DNA from: an uncultured bacterium
GTDB taxonomy: Bacteria; Hydrothermota; UBA3073; NMUJ01; CBEVQO01
DNA: 64,000 nucleotides
Assembly (NCBI GenBank): GCA_965552055.1
Contig: CBEVQO010000002.1
Coordinates: 160,001-224,000 of the forward strand
Reading direction: 5' to 3'
In this document: piece by piece, positions 59,761 to 64,000 of the stretch
How positions within the stretch are numbered: position 1 is the first letter of the stretch
Layout of the letters: each line of letters opens with the position of its first letter
Translations under genes and position numbers: made by a program
The notes under the pieces: model-generated
Seen by the model: the letters and a program-made list of their open reading frames with translations, nothing else
The model's database searches: none
What the model was told of the DNA's origin: nothing

Positions 59761-62289
59761 GCAGGAGTAAGATATGACCACGATGTAGGAGTAGTGAAAG
59801 CAACATTTTTACCAGAAATCTGCGCAAAGAAGCAACAGGATACGATAAAAATAAAAGTAATAAATTACGGGAAAAATGACGAAACCTTTGACCTTGTTAA
59901 AATAGTGAAAAAACCTTCAGGACAAATAGATTATTGCGATACTACAAAAGGAATATTCTTAAAATCATACAAAGATACTTTTATCATGTTTTGTTACACA
60001 CCGGATACATTGGGAAAACATCCGGTTATCGCAAGGGTAATATTAACGGATGAAAATCCAGCGGATAATGAAATTGTGGATACTCTAAATGTAACATTTC
60101 CCGACATTTATGGATGCTGTAAAATAGGAGGGGATGGAATAGCGGATGTTGGTGAGGATAGTGTAGAATTAATTATAACGCTTGTAAATGATGGTGCTTA
60201 TGCTTATTGTGTTTCATGTTCGCTTTCGGAGAATGAGGAAAATGCAGAGTTGATAGGAACTGCAAAGCAAACCTATGGAGATATTCCATATAAAGGTGAA
60301 GCAAGTAAGAAATTCATGTTCAATGTGCTAAATACTGCAAGCGATGGAGAAATTTTAAGCTTTATTCTACACATAAAGGACACAATGGGCTATTACGCAC
60401 AGGATACGGTCAACATCATGGTAGGAGGTAAGAAATGGACAATTATGGTCTACATTATAGGAGATAACAACCTGGGAGATGTTGTTAATGGCGATATTGA
60501 TGAGATGGAGAGTGCTGGTTCCGATGAAAATATAAATATTCTTGTGCAAATAGATGGCAACCCATCTTATACTTATAATGATCTAAGCGGAGCAAGGAGT
60601 GATGCAAATAGATATTACATAGAGAAAGGGAACAGCAGTAATGATACGATAGACGCATATCCTGTTGTTAGCCTCGGAGAAATAAATTCCGCTGATACTT
60701 CAAATATATTCTCTTTTGTTAAGTGGTGTATCGACAATTATCCTGCAAAATATTATGCATTTATCCTGTGGAACCATGGTAGTGGCTGGCAGAAGGCTGC
60801 TGGAGTAAAAGGAGCCGGATGGGATGACACCGAAGGAGATATGCTTGGAATATCAAATGGCGAATTGCGTGCATTATTAAGGAAAATTAAAAATTACCTC
60901 GGAAGGAATATCGATATACTGGGATTCGATGAATGCCTTATGTGTATGATGGAAATAGCATCAGAAGCAATGGGATATGTTAATTACATAGTAGCATCCG
61001 AGCCGGGGATACCAATCGAAGGATGGGATTACACATTCCTGCAAGACCTTAAAAATAACCCCAATATGACACCAAGGGAACTTGTTAACAAAATAGTTAA
61101 AAAATATGGAGAATATTACTCCACATCTTCAAGTGTAAACCTTAACGCACTGGATATCGGTCATAGTTTTCAGAAACTATGCTGGGATGTAGATAAACTC
61201 GCAATAGAATGCCTGAAAGAAGGAGGAATGAATAACTCACAAATACAAAATGTGGTTTCGAACCTCCAAGGTTTAATAGAATCATGGTCACCCTATGATA
61301 ATTATGTCGATATATTAAGGCTTGCTACTGATTTAATGGGGCAAAATATTTCCAGCGGGATAAATGCTGCTTGCGACTCCATTATAAGTCATTTCGGATA
61401 TCCACCTTATCAGGAGGGTATGCCTTTATGCACCACATGGTGCTCATCCGATATGTCAGGAATAACTTACGGAATGATGATAAATTGTCCCGATGACGGA
61501 AGCGGTTTATCAGGAAACTGGGAAGACCCATACGATTACAGATGGTTAAAATGGGCTAAAAATTCAGCATGGTACTACTTTATCGCACAATACAATTCAT
61601 TACCCGATACAATAATTCTATCCTATATCGGGAACTCTTTCATCGATGAAGATGGCGATACAGTGCCAGAAATGGGAGAACAGGTAGAAATGGATATAAA
61701 AATCAGAAATAGCGGGGCTAACACTGCCTACGCAACATGGGCAAGATTATACTCGGAAGACCCACAGATAACAGTCCTGAATGATAGCTGCTATTTCGGA
61801 GATATACCAGGTGATACCGAAGTAATATCCAGAAATAGAGTAAAAATATTAATAGGGTCAAAATGCCCATACGGATATAGAGCTACTTTGAAATTAGAAA
61901 TTCATGCACAATCTCAAAAATCAGAATATATATCCGAAGCATTTATAATTTTCGATGTCGGTATAACAAAAGGTGATTTCCCGCCTTACGCCATCACATC
62001 AGCACCCATTACCCGTGCATACATGAAACAAAATACACCTAACCCATTCGCCGAATTTACAAAAATCGAAATAGGAATACCACAGAAACAAAACTTCATT
62101 CTAAAAATTTACGATATAACAGGAAGATGCGTGAAAACTTATCACTACAAATCAGCATCACCTGGAATATACACCATTAAATGGAATGGCACAGATAACA
62201 GAGGAAGAAAATTACCAGCAGGAATATACTTCTGCAGATTACAGACAAAGGATAAAATAATTACAAGAAAAATGGTAAAAATTAGATAA
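57619..62289 (+). CDS. Secreted clostripain (C11) peptidase with adhesin/CARDB modules and FlgD/T9SS CTD
   Basis: WTIMVYIIGDNNL, LWNHGSGW (His), GFDECLM (Cys); N-terminal modules paralogous to the upstream gene. Confidence 0.9.
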   Translation: MKWLCALLLFVGTGLGATVIIEEDFEDMFPPAQWDTVPVSGSDYGWVWGDGSSGGDPDNAYSGSKYARFYSYLSSDGYEEDLITDTFDLTSVANCTLSFYYINEYDNTSPPGKDWVKVYYSVDSGKSWVELDSLGIKDAWTHFEYALPDSKIIMIKFRGHSDYGYTNPCIDLFRIKGQIAHNIAVKSLSLSHDAIPPNYTLTITAVIKNKGTSNESNVPVYCWIKNPSDSIVFGDTVTIGELKSDSDTVITWNYGDATEHGDYTVIVKANLSNDAYHNDDKKEESFHCMEIQNMPWSYGFEEIPFPPCGCWKIYNFDGGDQWEQTSDDAHSGNFSVYCRYDIPNNDWLILPPIIAKSNNDTLIFWYRARSSWGTEHFNVRLATGVTTDTSQYSIIWDTSTTATEFQQKKIVLSTLIPGDTFRIAFHYDSDNEYGIYIDDVEFKKGKVYNNDVAVTSVSCKPVAVETSEVETVTARVLNAGYNDQSNFKVKIYVVSPSSDTLFRDSANIGLLTSFSDTTLQWMVTGYTEHGDHIVYVKTCLSGDENPYNDMKSSYFHVKGKIIAPWSEGFEGTTFPPCLCWTDVYGNWKRYEDPSYAHSGAGYAHIDYDVSEGEGILITPTIDAGYFDTLIFWWKEADYKGKDIGHDSTFVEISKDNGTTWIVWKVLKVEHSSTWYAETLIFGENCGPEVKIRWRYQTDRSYSAYGFNLDDIELKAGVRYDHDVGVVKATFLPEICAKKQQDTIKIKVINYGKNDETFDLVKIVKKPSGQIDYCDTTKGIFLKSYKDTFIMFCYTPDTLGKHPVIARVILTDENPADNEIVDTLNVTFPDIYGCCKIGGDGIADVGEDSVELIITLVNDGAYAYCVSCSLSENEENAELIGTAKQTYGDIPYKGEASKKFMFNVLNTASDGEILSFILHIKDTMGYYAQDTVNIMVGGKKWTIMVYIIGDNNLGDVVNGDIDEMESAGSDENINILVQIDGNPSYTYNDLSGARSDANRYYIEKGNSSNDTIDAYPVVSLGEINSADTSNIFSFVKWCIDNYPAKYYAFILWNHGSGWQKAAGVKGAGWDDTEGDMLGISNGELRALLRKIKNYLGRNIDILGFDECLMCMMEIASEAMGYVNYIVASEPGIPIEGWDYTFLQDLKNNPNMTPRELVNKIVKKYGEYYSTSSSVNLNALDIGHSFQKLCWDVDKLAIECLKEGGMNNSQIQNVVSNLQGLIESWSPYDNYVDILRLATDLMGQNISSGINAACDSIISHFGYPPYQEGMPLCTTWCSSDMSGITYGMMINCPDDGSGLSGNWEDPYDYRWLKWAKNSAWYYFIAQYNSLPDTIILSYIGNSFIDEDGDTVPEMGEQVEMDIKIRNSGANTAYATWARLYSEDPQITVLNDSCYFGDIPGDTEVISRNRVKILIGSKCPYGYRATLKLEIHAQSQKSEYISEAFIIFDVGITKGDFPPYAITSAPITRAYMKQNTPNPFAEFTKIEIGIPQKQNFILKIYDITGRCVKTYHYKSASPGIYTIKWNGTDNRGRKLPAGIYFCRLQTKDKIITRKMVKIR

Positions 62290-62778
62290 TCGTAAATAAA
62301 AAGCAAGAACCAGAAGCAAAACTTCCAGTGTGTAATACAAAATTCTGGGTATCTTATAAACCTTCAACGGAAAAAGAATTGGAGTTATACCCGTATCCGC
62401 ATCCCTTATCACATGAGAAGAAATCGCAAAAAATGAAATAAAAGAAAGTTTTAAACTCTTCGAAAAAAGATAAAAAATAAAAGATAAAAACAATGCAAAA
62501 GTAATGCTGTGAGTATAGGGTCTGAGAGGCAAAGAAGTTGCCTTCTCCAAAGAGAAACTCCTTGCTACAACAAAATGGTCAAAATCAAGAAGAAATGCCA
62601 ATAAAAAAGAAAAAATTATATCAAATAAAGAAGAAGCAAGAGGAAGACAAATAATAAGAGAAATCACACCATGAGAAAAAGTATCAAGCAAAGACCTGTA
62701 AAGCACATTTTTAACTCTCAAAAAAATATAATCAGAAATTAAAAGCATCAAAATCAAAGCAAAAAATAATTTTATCAC
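62239..62778 (-). CDS. Membrane metal-dependent hydrolase (YdjM / TMEM267-like)
   Basis: DTFSHG, LDFDHF, RPYTHS, SHVIRD; GTG start 5 nt after TATAAT of a promoter with TTGACA at 62810-62805. Confidence 0.7.
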   Translation of the reverse strand: MIKLFFALILMLLISDYIFLRVKNVLYRSLLDTFSHGVISLIICLPLASSLFDIIFSFLLAFLLDFDHFVVARSFSLEKATSLPLRPYTHSITFALFLSFIFYLFSKSLKLSFISFFAISSHVIRDADTGITPILFPLKVYKIPRILYYTLEVLLLVLAFYLRLSNFYHFSCNYFILCL

Positions 62779-62817
62779 AAGTTATTATAACAGAAATGAA
62801 ATTTTGTCAAATTTTTT

Positions 62818-62892
62818 GCCCCTCCTCCCTATCCCCACCGCCCTCGCTCACAACCCACATGTAATTGGCTCGGCTACGCCGAGCATTAAAAT
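62818..62892. repeat. Short copy C of the intergenic repeat family (both ends, no central insert)
   Basis: gcccctcctccctatccccacc...caacccacatgtaattggctcggctacgccgagcattaaaat. Confidence 0.75.
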
Positions 62893-62946
62893 TTTTTCTT
62901 GACATTCTCTATTTTTGATTAAAATTGTAAATTTAAAGGAGGGGTC

Positions 62947-64000
62947 ATGCTGGTGTTGCTATTATGTATTGCGGTTGGAGCCGGGAAAGATTTAAAAACG
63001 GGTAAGGCGATTCTAAATGCTGCCTGGTATGCTGAATCAAATCAGCCGTATGCTGACTATCCTCTATTCGGCTCAAGGATTGCTACAGGTGACTTCAACG
63101 GTGATGGATACCTTGATGTGGCAATAGGAGCTTATAATTATACCCACGATCAATATCGTGAAGGAGCTGTATTTGTGTGGTATGGAACATCCACAGGTCT
63201 CAATGTAAATGGCGACCCTTCAAATTGCGACTGGATGGCAGAATCAAATCAGGAGTATTCGGGTTTTGGATACGATATCGCAGTGGGTGACTTCAATGGA
63301 GATGGATACGATGACCTTGCTGTAGGAGCATACAAATATGACAGGAGTTATGAGGATGCAGGAGCTGTTTTCGTATGGTATGGTGGAGCTTATGGGCTTG
63401 GTGTAAACGGCAACCCCACCAACTGTGATTTTGCAGATTATTCAGGCCAGGAAGATGCTTACTATGGTGGAGCACTCGCAGTCGGTAATTTTAATGGTGA
63501 TGAATATGATGACCTGGCTGTCGGAGCATATCTTTATGATTACTATGGCACGGATGATGGCAAAGTAGAAGTATTTTACGGCTCATCATCAGGACTTACT
63601 TCACCAGACTGGTATGCCTACTCTAAACAAACCAAGGCTTATTTTGGAAGTGCACTTGGCACTGGTGATTTCAATGGCGATGGATATTATGATATCGCAA
63701 TTGCAGCGTATAGGTTCAGCAGGGGTCAAGCGGACGAAGGTGTGGTCTTTGTATGGTATGGTTCATCATCGGGATTGAACGGAGGAATATACGGCGATAC
63801 AACAAATTTTGACTGGATAGCTGAGGCAAATCAACCATCTGCTTATATGGGAAGTGCTTTCGGGGTATCTGCAGGTGACTTTAACGGTGATGGATACGAT
63901 GACATCGCAATCGGAGCACCTGACTTCGATAGGGGTCAAACAAATGAAGGCGCGGTCTTTGTATGGTATGGTTCATTATCGGGATTGAACGGAGGAGTAA
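62947..64000 (+). CDS. FG-GAP (integrin alpha-like) repeat protein, partial
   Basis: Hand translation MLVLLLCIAVGAG...GDFNGDGYLDVAIGAY...EGAVFVWYG, with the motif repeated about 5 times; AGGAGG SD; runs off window end. Confidence 0.9.
   Translation, partial: MLVLLLCIAVGAGKDLKTGKAILNAAWYAESNQPYADYPLFGSRIATGDFNGDGYLDVAIGAYNYTHDQYREGAVFVWYGTSTGLNVNGDPSNCDWMAESNQEYSGFGYDIAVGDFNGDGYDDLAVGAYKYDRSYEDAGAVFVWYGGAYGLGVNGNPTNCDFADYSGQEDAYYGGALAVGNFNGDEYDDLAVGAYLYDYYGTDDGKVEVFYGSSSGLTSPDWYAYSKQTKAYFGSALGTGDFNGDGYYDIAIAAYRFSRGQADEGVVFVWYGSSSGLNGGIYGDTTNFDWIAEANQPSAYMGSAFGVSAGDFNGDGYDDIAIGAPDFDRGQTNEGAVFVWYGSLSGLNGGV

Overview
AT-rich bacterial chromosomal window. The genes point to a diderm anaerobe: a TonB receptor, a GT9 heptosyltransferase-like enzyme and many proteins with T9SS/FlgD-type C-termini. 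A WOR-3/FCB-related thermophile-like lineage is my inference only. Main contents: TonB receptor, transglutaminase, M14 peptidase, MCP, and an hslV-(Uma2 x3)-hslU-EIIA-accD-TPR run; a GH57 enzyme facing three DOMON-like secreted proteins; a Fur-box regulon (Mrp, ferredoxin fusion, NifB/NifX, MBL hydrolases, NADH oxidase, three extremely Trp-rich microproteins) with radical SAM, MinD-Fe-S ATPase and fur genes alongside; a partial Na+-type V/A-ATPase operon with a PaREP1 insert; purD, purH; two modular adhesin/clostripain paralogs; and an FG-GAP protein. The most striking non-coding signal is promoter architecture: about 21 transcription units start with TTGACA/T-N15-TAnnnT, a 15-bp rather than 17-bp spacer, and most place the start codon 5-7 nt after the -10 box (leaderless). 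Also notable are a 574-bp-period Uma2 triplication with a swapped variable segment and REP/BIME-like intergenic mosaics. No rRNA, tRNA, CRISPR array or intact transposase was seen.
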